From Nitrospira sp. (GTDB taxonomy: Bacteria > Nitrospirota > Nitrospiria > Nitrospirales > Nitrospiraceae), in assembly GCA_047150005.1 (NCBI GenBank), contig AP038806.1:1536001-1600000 (forward strand): a stretch of DNA of 64,000 nt, given 5' to 3'. This document shows, in pieces, positions 8,892 to 19,017 of this stretch. Every line of letters starts with the position of its first letter. The first letter of the stretch is position 1. The position numbers were made by a program, and so were the translations under genes. A model generated the notes under the pieces. It was given only the letters and a program-made list of their open reading frames with translations, was not told the DNA's origin and made no database searches.

Positions 8892-11800
8892 GTGACCTCG
8901 CACGTCTTCATCGATCGGCCGATTCTGGCGTCCGTCGTGTCCATCGTGATTGTGGTGATGGGACTGCTGTCCGTTCAGTTTCTTCCGATCGCCCAATTTC
9001 CTGAAATCACGCCGCCGGTCGTCCAGATCGATGCCGACTATCCCGGCGCGAGCGCTGAAGTCGTCGCGGAATCGGTCGCGCGCGCCATCGAAGTCCAGCT
9101 TCCCGGCATCGACAATCTCGTCTATTTCGACAGCACGAGCAGCAACGACGGGCACGTCACGATCAAGCTGACCTTCGAGATCGGGACCGACCCGGATATC
9201 GCCCAGGTCCAGACGCAGAACCGGGAAAAACTCGCGGAGCCTCAGCTGCCTCCCGAAGTCATCCGGCAGGGAGTCAGCGTCAAGAAGATGTCGCCTGATT
9301 TGGTCGCGGTGATCGCCCTCAAATCGACCGATTCCAATCACGATGCCGTGTTCCTGTCGAACTACGCAATTTTGAGGCTGGTCGATAACGTGCGTCGCGT
9401 CAAGGGCGTCGGCGACGCGATGGTCTTTGGCCAGCAGAATTACAGCATGCGCATCATCTTGAATCCGCTGCTGATGGCTAAGCTGGGCCTGACCCCGACG
9501 GACATTGCGGCGATCATTCGGGAACAGAACCGCGACTATCCGGCCGGCACGATCGGGCGGGAACCCGCGCCCAAAGGCACCGAGTTGACAATTCCGGTCA
9601 TCACCAAGGGGCGTTTGACCGAGGTGAAGGATTTCGAGGAGTTGATCGTGCGCGCCCTGCCCGACGGCTCGCTCGTGCGATTGAAAGATGTTGCCCGCAT
9701 CGAACTCGGCGCGCAATCCTATGCGCTCGAAGGCCGCTGGAACAGCAGCCCGACCACGTTCATCGTCACGTTTCTGGCGCCGGGAGCCAATGCGTTGGAT
9801 ACCGTGCGGCGGACGCGGGCTGAGATGGATGAGATGGCCAAGAGCTTTCCGCCCGGCGTGTCCTACGACATTCCCTACGACACCACGAGATTCATCGAAG
9901 TGTCCATCAAGGAAGTGGTGAAGACATTGCTGGAAGCGATGGTCCTGGTGGTGCTGGTCGTGTACCTGTTCCTCCAAAGCTGGCGGGCGACGATCATTCC
10001 GACGGTGGCGGTGCCCGTCTCCCTCATCGGGACGTTCGCCGGCCTGTACGCCCTGGGCTTCTCGATCAATACCATTACGCTCTTCGGGATGGTCTTGGCC
10101 ATCGGTATCGTCGTCGATGACGCCATCGTCGTGGTCGAAAACGTTGAACGGCACATGCGCGAGGACAAAGTCTCCGCCAAAGAGGCGGCCAAACGCGCCA
10201 TGAATGAAGTGACCGCGCCGGTCATCGCCATCGTGCTGGTGCTGGTCTCGGTGTTCGTGCCGGTCGGGTTCGTCGGCGGCATCACGGGGCAACTCTACAA
10301 GCAGTTTGCCGCCACTATTGCGATTTCGGTGACAGTCTCCGGCTTCGTCGCGCTCACGCTGAGCCCCGCGCTGTGCGCGATGGTCCTGGTCCATCAACAG
10401 GGCGAACGAGGAAAGTTCTGGATCTGGTTCGACCGGGTGTTCGGCAGAACGCAACATGGCTATACCAGCATCGTCGGCGGACTCGTCGTCAGACCCCTTC
10501 GGGTGATGCTGGTGTTCGGTCTCGTGCTGCTCGTGACGTTCGGCATGTTCAGCACCCTGCCCCGCAGCTTCCTGCCCGAAGAGGACCAAGGCTACTTCAT
10601 CGTCGTGGCGCAGTTGCCCGACGGGGCCTCGAAGCAACGGACTGACGCGGTGTTGGAGCGGATCGAGCGGTTTTTCCAGGCGAACCCGGCCGTTCACTCA
10701 ACCGATGCTATGTCCGGACAGAACTTCGTGTTCGGAACCAGAGGGCCGAATGCGGCCACGATGTTCGTGCCCCTGCATCTGTGGGACCAACGAAAGGAAC
10801 CGCAGTTTCACGTGCAATCGCTGATCGGCATGGCCTATGGGGAGTTCGCCAAGATTCCGGAAGCTCTGCTCCTGGCGTTCAACGCTCCGTCGCTCCGGGG
10901 CGTAGGCACGGTCGGAGGTTTCTCGGCACAATTGCAGGATCCGAGCGGCGGGGACTTCAAGAAGTTCGCCATGGTGGCGCAGCAATTCATCGAGCGGGCA
11001 AAGAAGGAGCCGGCCCTCGGCCAGGTCGGCACGAATTTTCGGGTCTCCGCGCCCCGGCTCTACGCTCACGTGAATCGCGAACGGGCCAAGGCGCTCGGCG
11101 TGCCGATCTCGGACATTTTCGATACGCTCCAAGCCTATTTCGGGACGTTCTATATCAACGATTTTCTCAAGTTCGGGCGCATCTACCACGTGCAGACGGA
11201 AGCCGACGCGGAATTTCGCTCCAAGCCGCAGGACATTTCCAAGATTTACGTCCGCGCACAGAACGCGCAAGGCACGAACATGATCCCGTTGGACACGGTC
11301 GTCACGACGGAGTATCAGAGCGGGCCGGATCCGGTGAACCACTTCAACGGGTACAACACGGCGCTCGTGTTGGGTTCCGCCGCACCCGGCTACAGTTCGG
11401 GACAGGCGCTCGAAGCGCTGGACCGGGTGGCGAAGGAGGTCTTGGTTCCTCAAGGCTATGCGATCGACTGGAGTAATATTTCGTTTCAGGAACGCCGGGT
11501 GGGTAGTCAATCCAACCTGGTCTTCGTCATCGGCCTGCTGATGGTCTTTCTGGTGTTGGCGGCGCAGTTCGAGAGTTGGGTCGTGCCCTTCGCGGTCATC
11601 TTGGCCGTGCCCTTCGCAATTTTTGGGGCGTTGACGGCGGTCTGGGTGAGAGGACTCACGAACGACATCTATTTCCAAATCGGCCTCGTCACGCTGATCG
11701 GTCTCGCGGCCAAGAATGCGATTTTGATCGTGGAGTTCGCCAATACGCGCTACGAAGCCGGACGTCCGCTGATCGAAGCGGCAGTGGAGGCCGCGCGCTT

Positions 11801-12065
11801 GCGGTTCCGTCCCATCATCATGACGTCGATGGCCTTCATCTTCGGCATGGTGCCGCTGGTGTTCGCCACCGGCGCGGGGGCAGCCAGTCGCCAATCCATC
11901 GGCACCGGGGTCCTGGGCGGCATGCTCGCCGCGACGTTTTTGGCGATCTTCTTCGTGCCGTTGTTCTACGTGCTGATTCGAAAGCTGACCGTTCGTCGAC
12001 GCGAGCCAGTTCCGTCACATGCGGGGCCAACGGGTCCGCTCATCTCTGCCGGGGAGGGATTCTGA
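8892..12065 (+). CDS. RND multidrug efflux permease (HAE1, AcrB/MexB family)
   Basis: FIDRPILA, AIGIVVDDAIVVVENVER proton-relay motif, GLAAKNAILIVEFA; 1057 aa. Confidence 0.96.
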   Translation: MTSHVFIDRPILASVVSIVIVVMGLLSVQFLPIAQFPEITPPVVQIDADYPGASAEVVAESVARAIEVQLPGIDNLVYFDSTSSNDGHVTIKLTFEIGTDPDIAQVQTQNREKLAEPQLPPEVIRQGVSVKKMSPDLVAVIALKSTDSNHDAVFLSNYAILRLVDNVRRVKGVGDAMVFGQQNYSMRIILNPLLMAKLGLTPTDIAAIIREQNRDYPAGTIGREPAPKGTELTIPVITKGRLTEVKDFEELIVRALPDGSLVRLKDVARIELGAQSYALEGRWNSSPTTFIVTFLAPGANALDTVRRTRAEMDEMAKSFPPGVSYDIPYDTTRFIEVSIKEVVKTLLEAMVLVVLVVYLFLQSWRATIIPTVAVPVSLIGTFAGLYALGFSINTITLFGMVLAIGIVVDDAIVVVENVERHMREDKVSAKEAAKRAMNEVTAPVIAIVLVLVSVFVPVGFVGGITGQLYKQFAATIAISVTVSGFVALTLSPALCAMVLVHQQGERGKFWIWFDRVFGRTQHGYTSIVGGLVVRPLRVMLVFGLVLLVTFGMFSTLPRSFLPEEDQGYFIVVAQLPDGASKQRTDAVLERIERFFQANPAVHSTDAMSGQNFVFGTRGPNAATMFVPLHLWDQRKEPQFHVQSLIGMAYGEFAKIPEALLLAFNAPSLRGVGTVGGFSAQLQDPSGGDFKKFAMVAQQFIERAKKEPALGQVGTNFRVSAPRLYAHVNRERAKALGVPISDIFDTLQAYFGTFYINDFLKFGRIYHVQTEADAEFRSKPQDISKIYVRAQNAQGTNMIPLDTVVTTEYQSGPDPVNHFNGYNTALVLGSAAPGYSSGQALEALDRVAKEVLVPQGYAIDWSNISFQERRVGSQSNLVFVIGLLMVFLVLAAQFESWVVPFAVILAVPFAIFGALTAVWVRGLTNDIYFQIGLVTLIGLAAKNAILIVEFANTRYEAGRPLIEAAVEAARLRFRPIIMTSMAFIFGMVPLVFATGAGAASRQSIGTGVLGGMLAATFLAIFFVPLFYVLIRKLTVRRREPVPSHAGPTGPLISAGEGF

Positions 12066-12066
12066 A

Positions 12067-13497
12067 ATGCGCACGATACTGCTTCTTCTTTTGGCTGCCG
12101 TGTCGCTCTCCTGTGCCGTCGGGCCCGATTACGAACGGCCGGCCGGGTTTCCGGCGGAGAAGTTTCGGATGGCGGAACCGACGACTGATACGTCCTCGAT
12201 CGCCAATATGCCGTGGTGGGAGCTGCTCAAAGATGAAGAACTCCAGAAACTGATCCGTATCTCACTGGAAGAGAACAAAGACCTCAAACGGGCGATCGCC
12301 ACAATCGAAGAATTTGAATCGAAACTCTTCATCGCCCGCACCGATTTTGCCCCCCAGTTGAGCGGCACGGCGTATGCGCCGTCGTTCGGACGAAGATCTG
12401 TCTTCCTCGTTCCCGGTTTTCCCAACCCGTTTAACTATTACCTGCAGGGGAATATCTCATGGGAGATCGATATCTGGGGCCGCATCCGCCGCTCCAATGA
12501 GGCGGCTCGCGCGGACCTCCTGGCCAAGGAGGAAAGCCAACGGGCGGTGGTGTTGCAACTTGTGAGCGGCGTAGCGGAGGCCTATTTCGATCTATTGCAG
12601 TTCGATATGCAATTGGAGATCGCCAGGCAGACCGTGAAATCGTGGGAAGAGTCCGTCCGGATCGCACAGGCCAGGCTGCGACAGGGCCTCACCAACAAGC
12701 TGGATCTGGATCAATTCGAGTCGGAGCGGGCGAATGCCGCGGCAAGGACGGCTGAGCTGGAACGTCAGATGGTGCAGAAAGAGAACCAGATCAGTGTCTT
12801 GCTGGGCCGCAATCCCCAGCAGATTCCACGGGGGCGATCTCTCACCGAACAGGTCATTCCCCCCGAAGTCCCTGCTGGTCTGCCGTCGGAACTTCTGCAA
12901 CGACGACCGGATATCGTGCAGGCGGAGCGGGAGATGGCGGCGGCCACGGCGCGGATCGGCATGGCGAAAGCGGACCGCTTTCCGAAACTGTCCCTGACTG
13001 GAATCCTGGGTGTCGCCAATCCGAAAATTGCGAGATTGTTCAACTCGGAAGGCGAATTCGGGGTGCTGGGTCCGACCCTGGCAGGCCCACTTTTGAATGC
13101 GCAGATCCTGGGATTTCAACAGAAGACCGTCGAAGCGCAAACTCGACAGACTCTGGCGCACTACGAGCAGACGCTCCTTGTCGCCTTCAAGGAAGTGGAA
13201 GACGCCCTGGTCGCGGTCCGCACGGCTCGCGAGCAGCGCGTAGCGCAGGTTCAGCAGGTGGATGCCCTGAGATCGGCGTTTCGACTGGCCGAGCTCCGGT
13301 ACAAAGGGGGATTGGCGAATTATCTCGACGTTCTGGTCGCGCGGCGCAATCTGTTCGATGCGGAATTGGCGCTGACCGGGACCCATCGCCTCCATCTCGT
13401 CTCAGTCGTCCAGCTCTACAAGGCCTTGGGCGGCGGGTGGTCGCCGGAGACGGCCGGCGGCAATTCGGGGTCGACGACTCAGAAGAGTGCCGGATAA
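12067..13497 (+). CDS. Outer membrane efflux lipoprotein (OprM/NodT family)
   Basis: Lipobox LSC-AVGPDYERP; PSELLQRRPDI; LYKALGGGW. Confidence 0.95.
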   Translation: MRTILLLLLAAVSLSCAVGPDYERPAGFPAEKFRMAEPTTDTSSIANMPWWELLKDEELQKLIRISLEENKDLKRAIATIEEFESKLFIARTDFAPQLSGTAYAPSFGRRSVFLVPGFPNPFNYYLQGNISWEIDIWGRIRRSNEAARADLLAKEESQRAVVLQLVSGVAEAYFDLLQFDMQLEIARQTVKSWEESVRIAQARLRQGLTNKLDLDQFESERANAAARTAELERQMVQKENQISVLLGRNPQQIPRGRSLTEQVIPPEVPAGLPSELLQRRPDIVQAEREMAAATARIGMAKADRFPKLSLTGILGVANPKIARLFNSEGEFGVLGPTLAGPLLNAQILGFQQKTVEAQTRQTLAHYEQTLLVAFKEVEDALVAVRTAREQRVAQVQQVDALRSAFRLAELRYKGGLANYLDVLVARRNLFDAELALTGTHRLHLVSVVQLYKALGGGWSPETAGGNSGSTTQKSAG

Positions 13498-13563
13498 GAT
13501 CGGTCGCGGGCGAAGCGCAAGCCCGCCAACGTCGGTTCATGACCATCGTGTAGGGAGGCAGCC

Positions 13564-13782
13564 ATGTCCAAACGAACGACGAAGCAACCCGCGTCCTCGG
13601 GACTCAAACGCATCATCTTCGGAACCGGCGGGAACGGGCCGAGTACCCAGGACCTCCATCAACAAATCGCTCGACGCGCCTATGAGCTCTACCTCGAGCG
13701 GGGCGCCGGGGATGGCCGGGCCGACGAGGACTGGTTGCGGGCCGAACGCGAAGTGTGCGGGAAACAGGTCCAGCCTTCGTGA
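13564..13782 (+). CDS. DUF2934 domain protein
   Basis: IARRAYELYLERG...EDWLRAERE; AGGGAGG RBS. Confidence 0.85.
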   Translation: MSKRTTKQPASSGLKRIIFGTGGNGPSTQDLHQQIARRAYELYLERGAGDGRADEDWLRAEREVCGKQVQPS

Positions 13783-13788
13783 GCCCTG

Positions 13789-14391
13789 ATGGAAAAGCCT
13801 GCGGAGTCCCAGTATCCCATCCATGACCTCTTGCGCCGCCGCTGGAGTCCGCGCGCATTTGCCGAACGATCTCTGGAGGGGGAAAAGGCGCGGAGCCTGT
13901 TCGAAGCGGCGCGCTGGGCACCCTCGTCGAACAACGAGCAGCCCTGGCGCTTCCTGGCGGCAAGCCGCGACGCGGGAGCGGATTACGATCGGCTTCTGGC
14001 ATGCCTAAATGAGAGCAATCGAAAATGGGCCTGCCGTGCCCCGCTGTTGATTCTGTCGGTAGCGGGATTGCATTTTGAGGACGACGACAAACCGAACCGG
14101 CACGCATTTCATGATACGGGTCTGGCGGCGGAAAATCTGGTCCTGCAGGCGGTGGCGCTCGGACTTGTCGCCCATCAGATGGCCGGGTTCGACATCGAGA
14201 AGGCGCGGTCGACCTGTCGGATTCCTTCCGGGTATGAACCGGTGGCAATGATCGCCGTGGGCTATCCGGGGGACCCGTCGCTGCTTTCCGATCGTCTTCG
14301 CGAACGGGAAATGAAGCCGCGCGCCCGCAAGCCGATCGGCGAATTTGTGTTCTCAGCTCAGTGGGGCCAGGTTTCATCTCTGGTTCGGTAA
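13789..14391 (+). CDS. Nitroreductase family protein
   Basis: RRWSPRAF, EAARWAPSSNNEQPWRF, HQMAGFD. Confidence 0.92.
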   Translation: MEKPAESQYPIHDLLRRRWSPRAFAERSLEGEKARSLFEAARWAPSSNNEQPWRFLAASRDAGADYDRLLACLNESNRKWACRAPLLILSVAGLHFEDDDKPNRHAFHDTGLAAENLVLQAVALGLVAHQMAGFDIEKARSTCRIPSGYEPVAMIAVGYPGDPSLLSDRLREREMKPRARKPIGEFVFSAQWGQVSSLVR

Positions 14392-14398
14392 ACCGGTG

Positions 14399-15046
14399 AT
14401 GCGCCACGCATCAGCGATTCGCCATCTCTCGCTGGTCGACCCGGTCATGGAGCGATTGATCCGAGACATCGGGCCCTGCACATTGGCGCCGCGGACTAGG
14501 CGGTCGCCGTTTGAATCGCTGGCCAGAGCAATCGCGTATCAGCAACTTCACGAAAGAGCGGCGGAAAGCATTCTCCGCCGATTTGTCTCCCTCTTCCCCC
14601 GCCGTCGATTCCCTCGTCCGGAGGAGTTGCTCACGCTTCACGCGAGCCGGATGAGACGATCGGGGTTCTCTCGAGCCAAAGTGCTGGCGCTTCGAGATTT
14701 GGCCGCCAGGACGCTGGACGGCACGGTGCCGACCAGTCGCGCGATCAAGCGGCTGGACGACGACGCGATCGTCGAGCGACTCATCGCAATTCGAGGGGTC
14801 GGGAAGTGGACGGTCGAGATGCTGCTGATTTTTCAGCTGGGTCGTCCGGACGTGCTGCCGGTGGATGATTTCGGCCTACGAAACGGCTTTCGCGTCGCGT
14901 ACGGCCGCCGATCAATGCCGACTTCGAAGGAGATGTTACGATATGGTCAAAGATGGAAACCCTACCGCACCGCCGCCTCCTGGTACCTGTGGCGGGCAGC
15001 GGATCGCGAACGGCTGAGGAAGGCGACGCTCGGCATGAAGGCGTAG
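14399..15046 (+). CDS. alkA: DNA-3-methyladenine glycosylase II (HhH-GPD)
   Basis: FESLARAIAYQQL, IRGVGKWTVEMLLIF, PDVLPVDD, WKPYRTAASWYLW. Confidence 0.88.
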   Translation: MRHASAIRHLSLVDPVMERLIRDIGPCTLAPRTRRSPFESLARAIAYQQLHERAAESILRRFVSLFPRRRFPRPEELLTLHASRMRRSGFSRAKVLALRDLAARTLDGTVPTSRAIKRLDDDAIVERLIAIRGVGKWTVEMLLIFQLGRPDVLPVDDFGLRNGFRVAYGRRSMPTSKEMLRYGQRWKPYRTAASWYLWRAADRERLRKATLGMKA

Positions 15047-15056
15047 AAGCTGGTTT

Positions 15057-15932
15057 ATGGCTGACCGAAAGACGCGGCTCGATTCCAACGTGGCGGGAAA
15101 CTTTTTCGTGGACGCATCGTGCATCAACTGCGACACCTGCCGACAACTGGCGCCGAGGAGCTTCGAGGAGATCGGCGAATATTCGTCGGTCGTGCTCCAG
15201 CCGGACGGTGACGAGCAGACTCACCAAGCCTATCAAGCGCTCCTCGCCTGTCCGGTCGGCTCAATCGGGACAGAGCACAGCGACCCCGTGCGCTTGCAGA
15301 AGGCGAAAGCCAGCTTCCCTCTGCATCTGGATGGCGGCGTCTATTATTGCGGGTTCAATTCGGAGAAGTCGTTCGGCGCCAACAGTTTCTTCGTCCGGCA
15401 TCCCGACGGCAACTGGCTGGTCGATTCGCCTCGATATCTGAAGCAACTGGTCAACGCGTTCGAGGGCATGGGCGGGATCAGTAGCGTTTTCCTCACGCAC
15501 GAAGACGACGTGGCCGATGCCGACAAATATGCCGAGCACTTCGGGGCGAAGCGGATCATCCACTGCGCGGACGCGGACGCGGTTCCCGGTGCGGAATGGA
15601 TTGTCGAGGGGACGGAACCTCAGCAGCTTGCGCCGGATTTTCTCGTCATTCCCGTACCGGGCCACACGCCGGGCTCGCAAGCGCTGCTGTACAAGGAGCG
15701 GTTCCTGTTTACCGGCGACCATCTTTGGTGGGAGCCGGATTCCGGGCGACTGGGCGCGCCGAAATCGCTGGTCTGGGACCGCGAACAGTTGATTCAGTCG
15801 ATCGAGAAACTGCTTCACCACCGGTTCGAGTGGGTGCTGGCCGGTCATGGACATCGGGTCCGCCTGTCGCCGGACCTTCTTCGCAGGAAGCTTGAAGACC
15901 TTCTCGAACGACGGCTCGTCATGCCCTCATGA
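15057..15932 (+). CDS. MBL-fold metallo-hydrolase with N-terminal ferredoxin domain
   Basis: CINCDTC...CPVGSI ferredoxin; LTHEDDVAD, PGHTPGS, FTGDHL, GHG. Confidence 0.88.
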   Translation: MADRKTRLDSNVAGNFFVDASCINCDTCRQLAPRSFEEIGEYSSVVLQPDGDEQTHQAYQALLACPVGSIGTEHSDPVRLQKAKASFPLHLDGGVYYCGFNSEKSFGANSFFVRHPDGNWLVDSPRYLKQLVNAFEGMGGISSVFLTHEDDVADADKYAEHFGAKRIIHCADADAVPGAEWIVEGTEPQQLAPDFLVIPVPGHTPGSQALLYKERFLFTGDHLWWEPDSGRLGAPKSLVWDREQLIQSIEKLLHHRFEWVLAGHGHRVRLSPDLLRRKLEDLLERRLVMPS

Positions 15933-15994
15933 GCCGGTACGTCTTCGACAAGCATGCGGAAGCAGACGAATAATATGCCGTATAGGAGCCAATC

Positions 15995-16945
15995 ATGACG
16001 GACAAGAAGGTCATCGCGGTGGTCGGGGCAACCGGCGCGCAGGGCGGGGGACTGGTCCGGGCGATCGTGAACGATCCGGCCGGAGACATGAAGGTCCGCG
16101 CGCTGACGAGAAATCCAGAGAGCGAGAAGGCCAAGGCGTTGATCGCTATGGGCGTGGACGTCGTCCATGCCGATCTCGATGATCTCGGGGGCCTGAAGCG
16201 CGCCTTTGCAGGAGCCTACGGCGTGTTCTGCGTGACTAACTTCTGGGAGCACTTCTCACCGGAGAAGGAATTGAAACAGGCTGCGGCCCAGGCAGAGGCG
16301 GCCAGGGCGGCCGGCGCACGGCATGTGATATGGTCAACGCTCGAAGATACGCGTCGGTGGGTGCCGCTTTCCGACAATCGCATGCCGACCTTGATGGGGA
16401 AGTACAAGGTCCCCCATTTCGACGCCAAGGGGGAGGCAGATAAGGAATTCACCAATCGGGCGATCCCCACGACCTTGCTCCTGACATCCTTTTATTGGGA
16501 CAACATGATTTTCTTCGGCATGGCTCCGAAGAAGGGGCCTGACGGTGTATTGCAATTCACGTTGCCGATGGGGAACAAGAAACTGCCGGGGATCGCCGCA
16601 GAGGACATCGGCAAATGCGCGCTCGGCATCTTCAAGAAGGGCCGGGAGTATATCGGGAAGACCGTCGGGATTGCGGGAGAGCTGTTGACCGGGGCCGAGA
16701 TGGCCCAGGCCATGACCGACGCCTTCAAGCAGCCGGTGCGCCATCAGGACATGTCCCCGGAAGCGTATCGCGGCCTGGGCTTTCCCGGCGCCGATGATCT
16801 CGGCAACATGTTTCAATTCAACCGCGACTTCAACGAGGTGTTTTGCGGGCCTCGCGATCCGGTGTTCGCGCGCGCGCTGAACCCGGCCCTGCAGTCGTTT
16901 GCCGCCTGGCTGGGTCAGAACAAGAGCCGCATTCCCTTGAGTTAA
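15995..16945 (+). CDS. NmrA/HSCARG family NAD(P)-binding protein
   Basis: VVGATGAQGG, VPHFDAKGE. Confidence 0.9.
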   Translation: MTDKKVIAVVGATGAQGGGLVRAIVNDPAGDMKVRALTRNPESEKAKALIAMGVDVVHADLDDLGGLKRAFAGAYGVFCVTNFWEHFSPEKELKQAAAQAEAARAAGARHVIWSTLEDTRRWVPLSDNRMPTLMGKYKVPHFDAKGEADKEFTNRAIPTTLLLTSFYWDNMIFFGMAPKKGPDGVLQFTLPMGNKKLPGIAAEDIGKCALGIFKKGREYIGKTVGIAGELLTGAEMAQAMTDAFKQPVRHQDMSPEAYRGLGFPGADDLGNMFQFNRDFNEVFCGPRDPVFARALNPALQSFAAWLGQNKSRIPLS

Positions 16946-16963
16946 CGAGCAGAAGGAGTCGGC

Positions 16964-17350
16964 ATGGCACGACAGAATGTTTCGACCGGTGGTCCCTGGG
17001 AAGGCAAGATCGGCTACTCGCGGGCGGTGCGGGTCGGTCAATCGGTATCCGTATCCGGCTCGACGGCCATGACGCCGTCCGGGCTGGTCGGCAAAGAGGA
17101 CGCCTATGCGCAGACGATCCAGACATTCAAGACCATTGAAGCGGCGCTCAAGCAGGCCGGGGCCTCGTTGAGCGACGTGGTCCGGACCCGCATCTACATG
17201 GCGAACATCGATCAGTGGCAGGAGGTGGGCCGGGCGCACGGGGAAATCTTCGGCACGATCAGGCCGGCCACGACGATGGTCGAAGTGAAACGGTTGATCG
17301 ATCCCGACATGCTCGTGGAGATCGAAGCGGACGCGATCGTCTCGGCCTGA
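16964..17350 (+). CDS. RidA/YjgF family protein
   Basis: GYSRAVRVG, DVVRTRIY, RPATTMVEV, LVEIEADA. Confidence 0.9.
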   Translation: MARQNVSTGGPWEGKIGYSRAVRVGQSVSVSGSTAMTPSGLVGKEDAYAQTIQTFKTIEAALKQAGASLSDVVRTRIYMANIDQWQEVGRAHGEIFGTIRPATTMVEVKRLIDPDMLVEIEADAIVSA

Positions 17351-17364
17351 CGGCGCCGCTCTGC

Positions 17365-18999
17365 ATGCTGAACGACCTCACCAGTTGGATCGATCGGAAC
17401 ATTCTGTCGCTCGGACGCGAGATGCGGCTGTCCTATCTGCCGCCGCTGATGGTCTACGTGGCTTACGGGATTTCCGGCCTGACCGGTATCGTCGGTACCT
17501 TTTTCGTTAAAGACTATCTAGGCCTCTCCGCGTCGTTTCTTGCCGCGCTCGGCTTTTGGGCCGGCATTCCCTGGGCGCTGAAAATGCCCATCGGCCACAC
17601 CGTCGATCTGCTCTGGCGCTGGAAAAGCTGGTTGGTCGGCTTGGGCGCGGGACTGCTGGCCGTCAGCCTCGGTATCATGGCGGCGCTGATCGGCAGTCGT
17701 GAGTCGATGACCGCCATCCTGTCGGCAGAAGTCTGGTTCATCATCAGCGCGCTCCTCGCCCCGATCGGCTACGTCATTCAGGATGCGGTGGCGGACGCCA
17801 TGACGGTCGAGGCGGTGCCGCGTGTCAACGAGCAGGGTCAGCCGTTCGACGAGTCGCAACGCAAACTCATGCACACCACGATGCAGACGCTCGGACGTGT
17901 GGCGATCATCGGTGGCGGCGTCATCGTGGCGCTAATCAACGTCTACATATTCAGTGGGACGGAGGCCCTGCCTCAAACAGAGCTCGTTCGGCTGTACCAA
18001 CAGGTCTATCTCATGGCGCTGGTCATTCCTTTCGTCTCCGTCCTTGGCGTGGGGTTCGCCTGGCGGCTGCAACGGCGACACAAGCAGCAGCTCATCTCGG
18101 AGGGATTCTCGCGCGAGCAGGCGAAACAGATGGTACAGGCTCGGGACGGTCAGGCTGAACCGACCGAACCCAACTGGTGGATTCTCGGCGGGAGCCTGGC
18201 CTTCGCGCTGTTTACGCTCACGGTGGGCCTCGGCGGATTCCCGTACAGCGAAGAGATCGTCTTTGTCGGTTCGATGGCGATTGTGCTCTTCCTGATGGCG
18301 AAGCTGGTGCGTGAACTGGAGCCGGACAAGCGCTTCACCTTAGTGGGCACGGCGGTCGTCGTGTTTATTTTCCGGGCCATCCCAGGCACCGGCCCAGGCA
18401 CGACCTGGTGGATGATCGACGAGCTGAAGTTCGACCAGCAGTTTCTCTCGGTGCTGTCGCTGATCGGGAGCACCCTGACGCTGGCCGGCCTGTTCGTGTT
18501 CCGCCGGTTCATGGCCGAGCGGTCGATCGCCTATGTCGTCGGCTTTCTCACGGCGATCGGGACCCTGCTCTCGTTGCCGGTCGTCAGCATGTATTACGGG
18601 CTGCATGAATGGACGGCCAGGATGACGGGAGGAATCGTCGACGCGCGTTTCATCGCCTTGATCGACACGGCGCTGGAATCGCCGCTCGGCCAGATTTCCA
18701 TGATTCCGATGCTGGCCTGGATCGCCAACTCGGCCCCGGCCGATTTGAAAGCCACGTTTTTTGCCGTCATGGCGTCGTTCACCAATCTCGCGCTGTCCCT
18801 GAGCCAGCTTGGGACGCAGTACCTGAACGATATCTTCGTGGTGACGAGGGAAGTGCGGGATCAGGCGTCCGGCGCGCTTCAGACCCCGGCTGACTACAGC
18901 CAGCTCGGCGATCTGTTGATCTGGCAATTGGTGCTTGGATTGGCGCTGCCCTTCGCCGCAATCGCGTTCGCGAGAATTACCCGCTTTAAGAGCGCCTGA
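17365..18999 (+). CDS. MFS-like membrane transporter (folate-biopterin/BT1-like)
   Basis: About 12 TM helices; PWALKMPIG, QDAVADAMTVE, ATFFAVMASFTNL. Confidence 0.75.
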   Translation: MLNDLTSWIDRNILSLGREMRLSYLPPLMVYVAYGISGLTGIVGTFFVKDYLGLSASFLAALGFWAGIPWALKMPIGHTVDLLWRWKSWLVGLGAGLLAVSLGIMAALIGSRESMTAILSAEVWFIISALLAPIGYVIQDAVADAMTVEAVPRVNEQGQPFDESQRKLMHTTMQTLGRVAIIGGGVIVALINVYIFSGTEALPQTELVRLYQQVYLMALVIPFVSVLGVGFAWRLQRRHKQQLISEGFSREQAKQMVQARDGQAEPTEPNWWILGGSLAFALFTLTVGLGGFPYSEEIVFVGSMAIVLFLMAKLVRELEPDKRFTLVGTAVVVFIFRAIPGTGPGTTWWMIDELKFDQQFLSVLSLIGSTLTLAGLFVFRRFMAERSIAYVVGFLTAIGTLLSLPVVSMYYGLHEWTARMTGGIVDARFIALIDTALESPLGQISMIPMLAWIANSAPADLKATFFAVMASFTNLALSLSQLGTQYLNDIFVVTREVRDQASGALQTPADYSQLGDLLIWQLVLGLALPFAAIAFARITRFKSA

Positions 19000-19017
19000 C
19001 CTGAACGGGATGGTCGC

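Noticed and set aside
7797..11894. Long antisense ORFs (7797-10697, 10698-11894; likewise 23465-25435, 52893-54206, 55946-57355)
   Set aside because: Shadow frames opposite well-supported genes, typical of high-GC codon bias.
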